Shown here one piece after another: positions 53,319-64,000 of a DNA stretch of 64,000 nucleotides (its first letter is position 1; each line of letters opens with the position of its first letter). The position numbers were made by a program, and so were the translations under genes. A model generated the notes under the pieces. That model was not told where the DNA came from. It searched no databases and saw only the letters and a list, made by a program, of their open reading frames with translations. This stretch comes from Escherichia coli (GTDB taxonomy: Bacteria; Pseudomonadota; Gammaproteobacteria; Enterobacterales; Enterobacteriaceae): assembly GCF_044647545.1 (NCBI RefSeq), contig NZ_CP172818.1. One strand, 5' to 3'.

Positions 53319-54932
53319 ATGAAGCACTCTGTTTCAGTCACGTGTTGTGCGCTGTTGGTCAGCAGCATTTCTCTTTCGTATGCTGCTGAAGTTCCGAGCG
53401 GCACAGTACTGGCAGAGAAGCAGGAGCTGGTGCGCCACATTAAAGATGAGCCTGCGTCGCTGGATCCCGCTAAAGCCGTGGGCCTGCCAGAGATTCAGGT
53501 CATTCGCGATCTGTTTGAAGGACTGGTGAATCAGAACGAGAAAGGGGAGATTGTCCCCGGCGTTGCGACTCAGTGGAAAAGTAATGACAACCGTATCTGG
53601 ACATTTACCCTGCGCGATAACGCAAAATGGGCGGATGGCACTCCGGTAACGGCGCAAGATTTTGTCTACAGCTGGCAACGTCTGGTGGACCCAAAAACAT
53701 TGTCGCCATTTGCATGGTTTGCCGCGCTGGCGGGAATCAACAACGCACAGGCGATTATTGATGGTAAAGCCACGCCTGACCAGCTTGGCGTCACCGCAGT
53801 TGATGCCCATACTTTGAAAATCCAGCTTGATAAACCGTTGCCGTGGTTTGTGAATTTAACCGCTAACTTTGCCTTCTTCCCGGTGCAAAAAGCCAACGTA
53901 GAAAGCAGTAAAGAGTGGACGAAACCCGGAAATCTGATCGGCAATGGCGCTTATGTTCTTAAAGAGCGCGTAGTCAATGAAAAACTGGTCGTAGTGCCGA
54001 ATACCCATTATTGGGATAACGCCAAAACGGTACTGCAAAAAGTGACCTTCCTGCCAATTAATCAGGAATCCGCAGCCACTAAGCGTTACCTCGCGGGGGA
54101 TATTGATATCACTGAATCCTTCCCGAAAAATATGTATCAGAAGCTGTTGAAGGATATTCCGGGGCAGGTTTATACGCCGCCGCAGCTCGGGACCTATTAT
54201 TATGCGTTTAACACGCAAAAAGGGCCGACGGCAGATCAGCGCGTTCGCCTGGCATTAAGTATGACGATAGATCGCCGCCTGATGACCGAAAAAGTATTAG
54301 GGACGGGCGAAAAGCCAGCGTGGCATTTTACACCAGATGTTACCGCGGGATTTACGCCGGAACCTTCGCCGTTTGAACAAATGAGTCAGGAAGAACTGAA
54401 TGCGCAGGCAAAAACTTTGTTGAGCGCAGCTGGTTATGGTCCGCAAAAACCGCTGAAGCTGACGCTTTTGTATAACACTTCAGAAAACCATCAAAAAATT
54501 GCGATTGCTGTAGCATCAATGTGGAAAAAGAACCTTGGCGTAGATGTTAAATTGCAAAATCAGGAATGGAAAACCTATATCGATAGCCGTAACACCGGCA
54601 ATTTTGATGTTATCCGCGCCTCGTGGGTAGGGGATTATAATGAACCCTCCACTTTCCTGACATTATTAACGTCAACGCATTCCGGGAATATTTCACGCTT
54701 TAACAATCCGGCATATGACAAAGTTCTGGCCCAGGCATCGACGGAAAATACCGTTAAAGCGCGTAATGCCGATTACAACGCGGCAGAAAAAATCCTCATG
54801 GAGCAAGCACCGATTGCACCAATTTATCAATATACCAATGGACGATTAATCAAGCCGTGGCTGAAAGGTTATCCCATTAATAACCCTGAAGATGTGGCGT
54901 ACAGTCGGACTATGTATATTGTGAAGCATTGA
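53319..54932 (+). CDS. mppA: Periplasmic murein tripeptide-binding protein MppA
   Basis: ORF 53298..54932; start at internal ATG after GAGGG (MKHSVSVTCCALLVSS...) giving 537 aa; signal peptide. Confidence 0.95.
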   Translation: MKHSVSVTCCALLVSSISLSYAAEVPSGTVLAEKQELVRHIKDEPASLDPAKAVGLPEIQVIRDLFEGLVNQNEKGEIVPGVATQWKSNDNRIWTFTLRDNAKWADGTPVTAQDFVYSWQRLVDPKTLSPFAWFAALAGINNAQAIIDGKATPDQLGVTAVDAHTLKIQLDKPLPWFVNLTANFAFFPVQKANVESSKEWTKPGNLIGNGAYVLKERVVNEKLVVVPNTHYWDNAKTVLQKVTFLPINQESAATKRYLAGDIDITESFPKNMYQKLLKDIPGQVYTPPQLGTYYYAFNTQKGPTADQRVRLALSMTIDRRLMTEKVLGTGEKPAWHFTPDVTAGFTPEPSPFEQMSQEELNAQAKTLLSAAGYGPQKPLKLTLLYNTSENHQKIAIAVASMWKKNLGVDVKLQNQEWKTYIDSRNTGNFDVIRASWVGDYNEPSTFLTLLTSTHSGNISRFNNPAYDKVLAQASTENTVKARNADYNAAEKILMEQAPIAPIYQYTNGRLIKPWLKGYPINNPEDVAYSRTMYIVKH

Positions 54933-54982
54933 TGTGATGAGAACTGGCGTTACCCTTGTGGATAACGCCAGTGATGTCTGAT

Positions 54983-56014
54983 TTAGCGACCCTGGTCCGG
55001 CGGTGTAATGTTATCCATATACAGCGTCTGGCTGGGGAAGGCAAAGTCCGCACCGTGTGACTGTACAATATCGATAATCTTCAAATAAACGTCTTGCTGT
55101 GCAGCAAGCCATTCAGCCCATACCGTGGTTTTGGTAAAGCAATAAACCATAATATTCAATGAGGAGTCAGCAAACTGGTTGAAATAAACCAGTAAGGTTT
55201 GTCGCTGGTCGATGGCCGGGTGATTTTTCAGCATCTCACGTACGGCTTCGACAATAACGCCCACTTTTGCCGCATCCTCATAACGTAAACCAATGGTCGT
55301 GGTAATGCGCCGGTTGGTCATTCGTCCTGGGTTTTCTACGCTGATTGACGAAAACAACGAGTTCGGTACGTACAACGGACGATTATCAAAAGTCGTAATT
55401 TTGGTAATTCGCCAGCCAATTTCCGCTACTGTACCTTCGATATTTCTGTCCGGTGAACGGATCCAGTCGCCAATACTAAAAGGACGGTCGAAATAGAGCA
55501 TAATCCCGGAAAAGAAGTTACTCAAAATATCTTTACCGGCCATACCGACAGCCAGACCACCAATACCACCAAAGGTCAACAAGCCAGAAAGGCTCATGCC
55601 GAAATGTTCGCCATAAAGCAGAACAAGCACCACAATAATGGTGATTTTGATAATGCGCGACATGATCCGCGCACTGGTGATATCGCGACCTTTTTTAATC
55701 TGCTGTTTTTCAAACTGATTAATCAGCAGAAATAGCTTAATCGTCAGAATAACCGCAATCAGGGACGTACAGATAAAATCGATAACGCCTGGGGTGATAA
55801 ATTTGAGTTTATAGTTTTCTATAACATAGTTAATGATGCTACCAACAGCACTAATAATTATGGTGTAGATTAAAAATTGCACCGCATGGAATAAAAATCC
55901 TTTTCTTTTACGATTTCCACGGCGAAACCAAAAGCTCATCAGAATCAATGCTGCGCAGCTACCGAAAATAATGACCAGATTAAGCGCATTATTTGTAAAC
56001 AGTTCAGCGATCAT
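54983..56014 (-). CDS. ynaI: Small-conductance mechanosensitive channel YnaI (MscS family)
   Basis: 343-aa ORF with N-terminal TM helices and MscS-like C-terminal domain. Confidence 0.93.
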   Translation of the reverse strand: MIAELFTNNALNLVIIFGSCAALILMSFWFRRGNRKRKGFLFHAVQFLIYTIIISAVGSIINYVIENYKLKFITPGVIDFICTSLIAVILTIKLFLLINQFEKQQIKKGRDITSARIMSRIIKITIIVVLVLLYGEHFGMSLSGLLTFGGIGGLAVGMAGKDILSNFFSGIMLYFDRPFSIGDWIRSPDRNIEGTVAEIGWRITKITTFDNRPLYVPNSLFSSISVENPGRMTNRRITTTIGLRYEDAAKVGVIVEAVREMLKNHPAIDQRQTLLVYFNQFADSSLNIMVYCFTKTTVWAEWLAAQQDVYLKIIDIVQSHGADFAFPSQTLYMDNITPPDQGR

Positions 56015-56253
56015 TGTTTTATCAGGCTCCTCCAGATAATTGTCGTCATGCCGGAAACCCCTGGCGGGACTATTTTACCGCGACAATTCATTCAGATCAT
56101 CAATAGTCAGGGAAGGAAGTAGCAACTCTAACTAATCAATACGTTGATTGTAAATCCAGCTAAGAGGTGAGGTTTTCAGAGCAGACAACGGTGAAATGTC
56201 ATGGTATTGTTACGTTTAGGTAACAAGAAATTTGTCTGCACAAGGATTACATC

Positions 56254-56511
56254 ATGATTATGGCGAAACTGAAGTCAGCGAAAGGGAAGAAATTTCTCTT
56301 TGGTTTGTTGGCGGTTTTCATTATTGCGGCGTCGGTTGTGACTCGCGCGACCATCGGCGGCGTTATAGAACAGTACAATATTCCGCTGTCTGAGTGGACG
56401 ACATCAATGTATGTGATTCAGTCATCGATGATTTTTGTTTATAGCCTGGTCTTTACTGTGTTGCTGGCAATACCGTTGGGAATTTATTTTCTTGGCGGCG
56501 AAGAGCAGTAA
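56254..56511 (+). CDS. ynaJ: Small membrane protein YnaJ (DUF2534), function unknown
   Basis: 85-aa ORF with two predicted TM helices. Confidence 0.85.
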   Translation: MIMAKLKSAKGKKFLFGLLAVFIIAASVVTRATIGGVIEQYNIPLSEWTTSMYVIQSSMIFVYSLVFTVLLAIPLGIYFLGGEEQ

Positions 56512-56520
56512 GTAAAAAAT

Positions 56521-56540
56521 AGGCCCGATAACTCGGGCCT
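56521..56540. terminator. Hairpin between convergent ynaJ and uspE
   Basis: AGGCCCG-ATAACT-CGGGCCT; on the minus strand it is followed by ATTTTTTACT, consistent with uspE termination. Confidence 0.6.
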
Positions 56541-56560
56541 TGTCAGTTATTGAAGAGTCG

Positions 56561-57511
56561 TTAATCGTCTTCTTCGTCATCCAGTTCAACGGGTGTCTGA
56601 TACTGGTCAGGTTTAATGACCAGCAGGTCGCAGCGAAGATGATCAATCACCTGTTCCGCCGTGTTGCCAAGGAATGCTGCTGAAATACCGGTGCGTCCGA
56701 CCGTGCCCAGAACCACAATCCCCGCCTGTAAGTGCTCCGCCAAATCAGGAATCACCTCTTCGGGCAGACCTTTTTCTACGTGCGTCATGTTTTCATTAAT
56801 GCCGAATTTCTGCCGCAGGGCTTTCATTGCCAGCAAATGTTGCCCACGAATGGCATCGTTATAAACGCTCGGATCAAATTCCGGCAGTTCAATCGCGATA
56901 TTAATTGGCGTTACCGGATAAGCGCCAACCAGATGAACTTCGGTATGGTTGACTTGTTCCGCCAGTTCGATCGTCTCTTTGACCAGTTTTTCATTGAGCG
57001 CATTATGGTACGGCTCTTCACTGGCGAGATTCACCGCCACCAGCGCCTTACCCCCTTCCGGCCACGGCTGGTCTTTCACCATCCACACGGGGCTTGGGCA
57101 TTTGCGTAACAGATGCCAGTCCGTTGGCGTAAAAATCACCGCTTCCAGACGGTCATGTTGGTGCGCCATTTTTAGCACCAAATCGTGCCCGCCGCTGATC
57201 ACTTCCTGAATGATGGCTTCGAAAGGACGGTTATGCCAGACCACTTTAATTTCAATGGGAACGCCAGCATTGAGATAATATTTTGCCTGCTCGTGGATCC
57301 AGGCTGTACGCTGGCTGATGACGCCCTGACGCATAGCGGTACGTTCGTCCGGAGAGAGCAGGGTGGTCATTTCGTATGAGAAGTCATAGATCGGCAAAAA
57401 GGCTTTAATTTTGCCACCAATCCGTTGATGTAAATAAACAGCTCGCCGCAATGCTGGTTGGTCGTCCTGGTTAGGATCGATAACAACGAGCATGTTCTGA
57501 TACATAGCCAT
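56561..57511 (-). CDS. uspE: Universal stress protein E (tandem Usp domains)
   Basis: ORF 56561..57538; start at internal ATG after AGGAG ([13 protein letters not shown]...) giving 316 aa. Confidence 0.93.
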   Translation of the reverse strand: MAMYQNMLVVIDPNQDDQPALRRAVYLHQRIGGKIKAFLPIYDFSYEMTTLLSPDERTAMRQGVISQRTAWIHEQAKYYLNAGVPIEIKVVWHNRPFEAIIQEVISGGHDLVLKMAHQHDRLEAVIFTPTDWHLLRKCPSPVWMVKDQPWPEGGKALVAVNLASEEPYHNALNEKLVKETIELAEQVNHTEVHLVGAYPVTPINIAIELPEFDPSVYNDAIRGQHLLAMKALRQKFGINENMTHVEKGLPEEVIPDLAEHLQAGIVVLGTVGRTGISAAFLGNTAEQVIDHLRCDLLVIKPDQYQTPVELDDEEDD

Positions 57512-57662
57512 ACAGGGTCTCCTTACAACAACTGTCAACGCAGTTTGTAATTAAAAGATTAACCCATATCTGGTGAATGAAACAGTGATGAACCTTCTGT
57601 CAGATCAATAAATCAGAAAAATTTAATGATATGACAGAAGGATAGTGAGTTATGCGGAAGAA

Positions 57663-58415
57663 TCAGGCAACGTTACGCGTGTGACCAGCAAGCTGGGCCA
57701 GCGCATCGTTATTTTCGATAGTGATGTATTTACCTTTGACTGCCAGCATACCGCTTTTCTGGAAGCGACCCAGCAGACGGCTGATGGTTTCAACTGTCAG
57801 GCCCAGATAGTTACCGATATCACCACGAGTCATCGTCAGGCGGAATTCACGAGGGGAGAAGCCGCGTTGGGCAAAACGACGGGACAGGTTGTAGATGAAT
57901 GCAGCCAGACGTTCCTCGGCATTTTTCTTCGACAACAGCAGGATCATGTCCTGATCGCCTTTGATTTCACCGCTCATCAGACGCATCATCTGCTGACGCA
58001 GATTCGGCATTTTACCGGACAAATCGTCCAGCGTTTCGAACGGGATTTCACATACCATCGAGGTTTCCAGCGCCTGAGCGAAGCTCGGGTGATGACCGCT
58101 GCCGATAGCGTCAAATCCCACCAGGTCGCCTGCTAAATGGAAACCAGTGATTTGCTCGTCGCCTTGCTCAGTGATGGTATAACTTTTAATCGTACCGGAG
58201 CGGATGGCATAAAGCGATTTAAGTTCATCACCAGCCTTAAACAGCGTCTGGCCTTTCTGAATAGGCTTCTTCCGCTCAATGATATTATCAAGCTGATCAA
58301 GCTCATGTTCGTTGAGTGTGAACGGGATGCAAAGCTGGCTGATGCTGCAATCCTGGCAATGGATAGCACAACCGCCAGACTGAATGCGCCGTATAATTCG
58401 CTTTTCCGGGATCAT
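57663..58415 (-). CDS. fnr: Global anaerobic regulator FNR (CRP/FNR family, Fe-S)
   Basis: ORF 57663..58472; start at [29 protein letters not shown]...; 250 aa; N-terminal Cys cluster and C-terminal HTH. Confidence 0.96.
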
Positions 58416-58434
58416 AGGTCTGCTCAAGCCGTAA

Positions 58435-58448
58435 TTGATATTTGTCAA
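58435..58448. promoter_or_regulatory. FNR box at the fnr promoter
   Basis: TTGATATTTGTCAA matches TTGAT-N4-ATCAA, about 20 nt upstream of the fnr start codon. Confidence 0.7.
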
Positions 58449-58609
58449 TTTTAACATCTTTTTAGGGAGCAAGTAAGTCTAAGCAAACCTTAACAGCAGA
58501 GAATTCCGATATTAGATGTAAATATATGTCTATCTATTTGAAAACCCTTAAGTTGTTAAGGGTAACTTTACATAAAAGTGTGAACAAGCTGGCACAAATT
58601 GTTTAATGT

Positions 58610-59125
58610 TTACAGCAAAAGATAACCTTCGTGGCGCAATAACCACTCTTTTCGCTGAACTCCGCCTGCATATCCGGTCATGGTACCGTTTCTGCCAATG
58701 ACCCGATGACAAGGCACAACAATGCTGATGGGATTCGATCCATTTGCCGCACCTACGGCACGCGCCGCACCGGGGCGGCCCAATTGTTCAGCCAGTTGGC
58801 CGTAATGCATTACCTGCCCGCAGGGGATTGTGCGTAATGTTTTCCAGACTTCGCGCTGAAATGGCGTCCCCCCCGTGGCAGTGGGAAGCGTATCAATAAT
58901 GCTAAGATTACCGGCAAAATATTCACGAAGCTTGTCGCTTAAACCACCTGGGTTGGTGGCAGAAATGCGCTCATAGCCTTCTTTGCGATAATGGATGTCC
59001 AGCAGCTGCACCATGCGTTCGCTGTACTCTTCCCATTCAACCGCCCGCAGGCGAAATTGCTCATCGCAAATCACCCACAGTGGACCCAGTGGCGTGACAA
59101 TTTTTTCTTCAAGTAATCTCAGCAT
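58610..59125 (-). CDS. ogt: O6-alkylguanine-DNA methyltransferase Ogt
   Basis: 171-aa ORF with active-site PCHRV motif. Confidence 0.95.
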   Translation of the reverse strand: MLRLLEEKIVTPLGPLWVICDEQFRLRAVEWEEYSERMVQLLDIHYRKEGYERISATNPGGLSDKLREYFAGNLSIIDTLPTATGGTPFQREVWKTLRTIPCGQVMHYGQLAEQLGRPGAARAVGAANGSNPISIVVPCHRVIGRNGTMTGYAGGVQRKEWLLRHEGYLLL

Positions 59126-59135
59126 CCGTTCTCTC

Positions 59136-60662
59136 TTAAGACAAACGTGGGTAAATCCCCGGACCTATCGGCAGACCAACAAGATACCACGCCAGCAACA
59201 TCAGCAGCCATACCACCAAAAAGATAAGTGGATAGGGCAAAACTAACGAATAGTAAGTACCCAGTTTCGCGTCTGGTTTGTAACGTTGCAGGAATCCAAG
59301 AAACAGTGGAACAAAAGGAGATACCGGCGCTAAAGGCAATACGGATGAGTCGGCAATACGAAAGAGGATTTGCGCAAATGCCGGGTGAAAGCCAAGTAGC
59401 ATAAACATTGGTACGAAAATGGGGGCCAGAATCGACCAGATTGCGGAACCGCTGGCGATAAACATGCATAAGAAAGAGGAAAGCAACGCCAGACCGACAA
59501 ACGCCGGGATGCCGCTAAGCCCTGAACTTTCCAGTATATCGGTCAGCCCCACGGCGATGAATTTCCCCATGTTGCTCCAGTTAAACATGGCGACAAACTG
59601 GGCGAGGGGAAAAACCATCACGATAAATCCCGCCATCTCTTTCATCGGTTCAATCATTAAATGCGGTAAATCCGCCTGACGTCGAATTGTGCGGGTAGCG
59701 ATGCCATAAGCCAGCGAGACCACAAAGAAAAAAAGAATGATCAGTGGCACGATACCTTTAATAAAGGGTGATGGCATCACGGTGTGATTAATCGGATCGC
59801 GCAATATCCCGTTTTCCGGGATCACCATCAGCGCAATCGCAGCAATAAAAAGTAGCGATACGACACCTGCTATGTGTAAACCAAAACGCTGACTTTCGGT
59901 CAATGTCTGCAGTTTCTCATCGCTGTTTCCCTGCCATTGACCTAAACGTGGCTCAATGATTTTGTCGGTTATCAGGCCGCCAACAATCGTCAGTACGACT
60001 ACGGAGCTGGCCATAAAATACCAGTTATCAATTACACTGACGTGCATTTGCGGATTGAACGCAGCCGCAGCCTCCGTGCTGATCCCCGACAGCAACACGT
60101 CGGTTGTGACAATCAGTAAATTAGCCGTAAAGCCGCAACCTACGCCTGCAATGGCGGCAAGTAAACCTGCAACTGGATGCCTGCCCACCGCCAGAAAAAT
60201 TAGCGCACCCATCGGTGGCATGATCACTAACGCCGCATCGGAAGAAATGTGGCTGAAAAAAGCAATAAACAGCACCATATAACTGGCGTAGCGGGCATTC
60301 ACATGCGATGCCATTTTAACCATCAACGCTGGCAGTAAGCCGACGCGCTCCGCCAGACCGGCACCTAAAACCAGCGCCAGGATCGCGCCAAGTGGAGCAA
60401 AACCGCTAAAGTTTTTAATAACATTGGGTAAAAACCAGTGTAATCCTTCCACACTGAGCAGGTTTTTCACGACCACTGGCGTACCATCGGTCGGGTTTTT
60501 CGCACTGACGCCAAAGGCCGACAAAATTGCCGTCGTCACCATGAGTACGATAATCAAATAGATAAAGAGCAAAAAAGGATGGGGAACCTTGTTACCAATT
60601 CTTTCGACCCAGCCATAGAGCTTCCCGGATTGGGAGGACGACGGTATGGATGACATACTCAT
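59136..60662 (-). CDS. abgT: p-Aminobenzoyl-glutamate transporter AbgT
   Basis: ORF 59136..60668; start at [14 protein letters not shown]...; polytopic membrane protein. Confidence 0.92.
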   Translation of the reverse strand: MSMSSIPSSSQSGKLYGWVERIGNKVPHPFLLFIYLIIVLMVTTAILSAFGVSAKNPTDGTPVVVKNLLSVEGLHWFLPNVIKNFSGFAPLGAILALVLGAGLAERVGLLPALMVKMASHVNARYASYMVLFIAFFSHISSDAALVIMPPMGALIFLAVGRHPVAGLLAAIAGVGCGFTANLLIVTTDVLLSGISTEAAAAFNPQMHVSVIDNWYFMASSVVVLTIVGGLITDKIIEPRLGQWQGNSDEKLQTLTESQRFGLHIAGVVSLLFIAAIALMVIPENGILRDPINHTVMPSPFIKGIVPLIILFFFVVSLAYGIATRTIRRQADLPHLMIEPMKEMAGFIVMVFPLAQFVAMFNWSNMGKFIAVGLTDILESSGLSGIPAFVGLALLSSFLCMFIASGSAIWSILAPIFVPMFMLLGFHPAFAQILFRIADSSVLPLAPVSPFVPLFLGFLQRYKPDAKLGTYYSLVLPYPLIFLVVWLLMLLAWYLVGLPIGPGIYPRLS

Positions 60663-60698
60663 GGGCATTCCTCGTTTGTTGTGTTTGCGTTGTTGTTG

Positions 60699-62144
60699 TT
60701 ATTTTAAAGGTGACGGTGTCACGTTTTTCGGGATAGGGCAGTGATACGGTTGCGTGTCCGTAACTTGCTGATGCTCTTGTTGGCATTCTTGCAATAGCCC
60801 TGAATCAATGAAGAGATTAAGTGTGGTTGCTGCCATAGTTTTCGCCGCCAGCAGCATTCCTTTATGAGCAATAGATGTTCGCCCCTGGCTAACCAGTTGC
60901 CACGTATGTAGCGGGGTACCGACGGCAAAGCAGGGGCTGAAACACTGGGCAACAGGCAGTTTCCAACTGACGTCGCCGACATCAGTCGATGCCGCAAGCA
61001 CGTTATCGGTGGCGGCATATGGAGCGACTTCATTCGCCAGTACCGTTTCACGATGACGTAGTGCAAAAGCCTTGCCGTTTTCGCCACCGGTTGCAGCGAT
61101 ATTGTTCAAACTGTTTTGCCGATCGTTGGGGGTGAGCGTAGCCTGAATTTGTTTCGCAAAAGCCAGTTCTTCGCAGTTCCATTCCGGGGTACCAAAATGG
61201 GATAGGGCTCGGTACATGGCATTTTCTAAGGTGCGATTCGGGAGATAACTGGAACAGGCTTTGTCGAAGCGGCATTCAACCGTGGTTTCGGTCATCAATG
61301 CCGCACCTTCGGCGATTTTGGCGACCCGATCATAAATATGCTGCACATCGGTCATTTCGGGGGCGCGGATAAGATAAAGCACTTCTGCCTGCGCCTGGAC
61401 CACGTTGGGCGAGATCCCGCCGCTATCTGTGATGGCATAGTGTACGCGCGCTTTTTCAATAATATGTTCGTTGAGGAAGTTGGTGCCAGTGGTCATCAAC
61501 GTTACGGCATCAAGGGCGCTGCGTCCCAAATGAGGGGAATTCGCGGCATGTGCTGCGATCCCTTTAAAGCGCCATGATGCCTGAATGTTTGCCAGCGTGC
61601 GGGTATTGAACATACCGGCAAAGGCTTCCGGGTGCCAGGTGAGTGCCGCATCCACATCATCAAATACCCCCTCGCGGACCATGAACGTTTTACCCGAGCC
61701 GCCTTCTTCGCCAGGACAACCATAAAAGCGCACCGTGCCGCCTTGCCCATATTGTTCCAGCCATTTCTTGACGGCTATTGCAGCGGCAAAGGCGGCGGTT
61801 CCCAGCAAATTGTGTCCGCAACCGTGACCATTTTCACCGGGCGTCGCGGATGTAGGTTGCGCGCAACTTGCTTGCTGACTTAAACCTGCCAGGGCGTCAT
61901 ATTCCCCCAGCAGGGCGATAACCGGTTTGCCTTGACCAAACGAAGCAATAAAGGCATTTGGGATATTGCCTACGTTGCGGGTAACGATGAAGCCTGAAGA
62001 TTCCAGCGCCGAAGCCAGATGCTCCGCTGACCAGAACTCTTCAAAACGTGTTTCTGGATGATCCCAGATTTGATCGGCAATATCGGTATAACGTTGGCGA
62101 TCGGCTTCAATCGCATCGTCGATAAAACGATAGATTTCCTGCAT
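60699..62144 (-). CDS. abgB: p-Aminobenzoyl-glutamate hydrolase subunit B (M20 peptidase family)
   Basis: 481-aa ORF MQEIYRFIDDAIEADRQRYTDIAD... Confidence 0.93.
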   Translation of the reverse strand: MQEIYRFIDDAIEADRQRYTDIADQIWDHPETRFEEFWSAEHLASALESSGFIVTRNVGNIPNAFIASFGQGKPVIALLGEYDALAGLSQQASCAQPTSATPGENGHGCGHNLLGTAAFAAAIAVKKWLEQYGQGGTVRFYGCPGEEGGSGKTFMVREGVFDDVDAALTWHPEAFAGMFNTRTLANIQASWRFKGIAAHAANSPHLGRSALDAVTLMTTGTNFLNEHIIEKARVHYAITDSGGISPNVVQAQAEVLYLIRAPEMTDVQHIYDRVAKIAEGAALMTETTVECRFDKACSSYLPNRTLENAMYRALSHFGTPEWNCEELAFAKQIQATLTPNDRQNSLNNIAATGGENGKAFALRHRETVLANEVAPYAATDNVLAASTDVGDVSWKLPVAQCFSPCFAVGTPLHTWQLVSQGRTSIAHKGMLLAAKTMAATTLNLFIDSGLLQECQQEHQQVTDTQPYHCPIPKNVTPSPLK

Positions 62145-62158
62145 CAGATACCTCGCGT

Positions 62159-63469
62159 TCAGGGAAAATTGAGCGCGGTGCGCGCCAGCGTTTCGACGGC
62201 AATAGTGAGAACCTGCTCGTCAAAATCGAATTTTTCGTTGTGGTGACCTGCCGCCAGCTGTGTGCCAAACACCATATAGGAGGCTTGCCCTTGATGTTGC
62301 TGCACGCGGGCCATCATTAATGTGGCATCTTCGGAACCCGCAGGCGCTTCAACACGTTCAATTGCCTGATTGACCCCCGCGACCTGAGCTGCCTGACTTT
62401 GCAACCATGCGACCCATTGCGGCGAAGGAGAACTGGCGGTAGCTGCACCCATCAGACGAGTTTCAACGCCGACACCATACATGGTTGCTGCGCCCTGAAT
62501 CGCTTGTTGTGCACGGTCAAAAACATATTGATTAATGACGTCGCTGGCCCCGCGTGTTTCCACTTTCAGCAACGCTGAGGCGGGAACAACATTACGACCG
62601 CTTCCTGCCTGCATAACGCCCACGTTTACTCTGGAAGCGCCTTCGCTGTGCGGGGCGATTGCATGCAGTGCAAGAGTTGCTTGTGCTGCAGCCAACAAGG
62701 CATTGTGACCGTCTTCTGGTTTTGCGCCTGCGTGAGCGGCGGTCCCGGTGAAGTGCGCGTCAAATTTGGTGGTTGCCATAAAATTATCACTGCCGCACAC
62801 CACGGTGCCCGCAGGTACGCCAGTGCCAATGTGAACGGCAGTAAAATAATCAACATCATCCACTACTCCTGCATCGACCATCGCCCGCGCGCCACGCGTA
62901 CCTTCCTCTGCAGGTTGAAAAATCAGTTTGATGACGCCATGTAGTCCGGACTCGAACTGTTTAAGGGTATGCGCCAGCCCAAGCCCAATGGCGGTATGTC
63001 CATCATGACCACAGGCATGCATCATTCCGGCGTTACATGACGCAAAACCGTCGCGGTAGGGGCGATGGCTGACATCTTGCTCTTCACTGAGATCCAGCGC
63101 GTCCATATCGACACGGAAAGCCATCACCGGACCGGGGCGACCAGTATCCAGGGTAGCGACGATGCCAGTGAAACCGCCTTCAAAAGCCGCAATCCATTGT
63201 TCTAGCGCCCCCTGTTGACGAGCGCGCTCGAATTCGCGTTGTAGAGTGAATTCATCAGGTAATCCCATCCGGCTACTTTCATTAACGACTTCGCGGCCCA
63301 GCGCCAGTGAATAACCGAGCTGGTGCAATTCTTCCGCAACAACGGTGGCAGTGCGGAATTCCACCCAGCCAGACTCTGCATAGTGGTGAAAATCACGTCG
63401 CCAGTGCGATAATTTTGGGGCAAGCGAATTAATAAATTGATTCAAAGACTCCATAACCTTTCCCGTCAT
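62159..63469 (-). CDS. abgA: p-Aminobenzoyl-glutamate hydrolase subunit A (M20 peptidase family)
   Basis: 436-aa ORF MESLNQFINSLAPKLSHWRRDFH... Confidence 0.93.
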   Translation of the reverse strand: MTGKVMESLNQFINSLAPKLSHWRRDFHHYAESGWVEFRTATVVAEELHQLGYSLALGREVVNESSRMGLPDEFTLQREFERARQQGALEQWIAAFEGGFTGIVATLDTGRPGPVMAFRVDMDALDLSEEQDVSHRPYRDGFASCNAGMMHACGHDGHTAIGLGLAHTLKQFESGLHGVIKLIFQPAEEGTRGARAMVDAGVVDDVDYFTAVHIGTGVPAGTVVCGSDNFMATTKFDAHFTGTAAHAGAKPEDGHNALLAAAQATLALHAIAPHSEGASRVNVGVMQAGSGRNVVPASALLKVETRGASDVINQYVFDRAQQAIQGAATMYGVGVETRLMGAATASSPSPQWVAWLQSQAAQVAGVNQAIERVEAPAGSEDATLMMARVQQHQGQASYMVFGTQLAAGHHNEKFDFDEQVLTIAVETLARTALNFP

Positions 63470-63629
63470 CAGTAAAAAGTGTGACCCGGTTCACGTAGCG
63501 ATAGTTTTTACTTATCACTAACTGATTTTTCACAGTTTTAACCGTTCATAAATTACCCTGACACAATCATCTGCATTAAAGTAGATGCCAGTTTCTTTGG
63601 TCTGATAAATAACGGTTATCGGTGGCGTC

Positions 63630-64000
63630 ATGGCTTTTCAGGTAAAAATTCATCAAATTCGGGCTTTTGTTGAAGTGGCTCGTCAGGGCAGCATTCGCGG
63701 AGCGAGCCGAATGTTGAATATGTCGCAACCGGCACTGAGTAAATCTATTCAGGAACTGGAAGAAGGGTTGGCGGCACAACTCTTTTTTCGCCGTAGTAAA
63801 GGCGTGACGTTAACTGATGCCGGTGAAAGTTTTTATCAGCACGCCAGTCTTATTCTTGAAGAGCTGCGCGCAGCGCAAGAGGATATTCGCCAACGACAAG
63901 GGCAACTGGCAGGGCAAATTAATATCGGCATGGGGGCCAGTATTTCCCGCAGTCTGATGCCAGCTGTCATATCTCGTTTTCATCAGCAGCATCCGCAGGT
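63630..64000 (+). CDS. abgR: LysR-family regulator AbgR, N-terminal part (3' end lies outside the window)
   Basis: Open frame from ATG 63630 (MAFQVKIHQIRAFVEVARQGSIRGASRMLNMSQPALSKSIQELEE...) runs to the window end; LysR HTH; divergent from abgA. Confidence 0.88.
   Translation, partial: MAFQVKIHQIRAFVEVARQGSIRGASRMLNMSQPALSKSIQELEEGLAAQLFFRRSKGVTLTDAGESFYQHASLILEELRAAQEDIRQRQGQLAGQINIGMGASISRSLMPAVISRFHQQHPQ

Overview
This 64-kb window is a contiguous stretch of Escherichia coli core chromosome, colinear with the K-12 interval acnA to abgR (about 1.33-1.40 Mb in MG1655, coordinates recalled). I see no inserted foreign island, prophage, IS element, CRISPR array or recognisable defence or toxin-antitoxin cassette. 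All 62 genes called are known E. coli genes, identified by recognising their translations; intergenic spacers are all under 370 bp. Gene blocks in order: acnA (3' part), ribA, pgpB, lapA-lapB, pyrF-yciH, osmB, yciT, yciZ, pdeR, rnb, yciW, fabI, ycjD, sapABCDF, ymjA, the puu putrescine-utilisation cluster, pspF and pspABCDE, the ycjMNOPQRSTUV-ompG sugar cluster with regulator ycjW, ycjX-ycjF-tyrR, tpx, ycjG/mpaA, mppA, ynaI, ynaJ, uspE, fnr, ogt, abgTBA and the start of abgR. The window is not MG1655 itself: ycjV is full length, there is no ycjY-pgrR segment between mpaA and mppA, and no IS5 between ynaI and ynaJ (all from memory of the reference, not verified). The points most worth a second look are a frameshift that splits ycjT, an inverted-repeat-bounded GC-rich element next to ycjD that carries a duplicate of the ycjD 3' end, the uncharacterised heat-shock pair ycjX-ycjF, and an identical 17-nt motif before the ycjM and ycjU start codons. 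Nothing here is strong evidence for a new multi-gene system.
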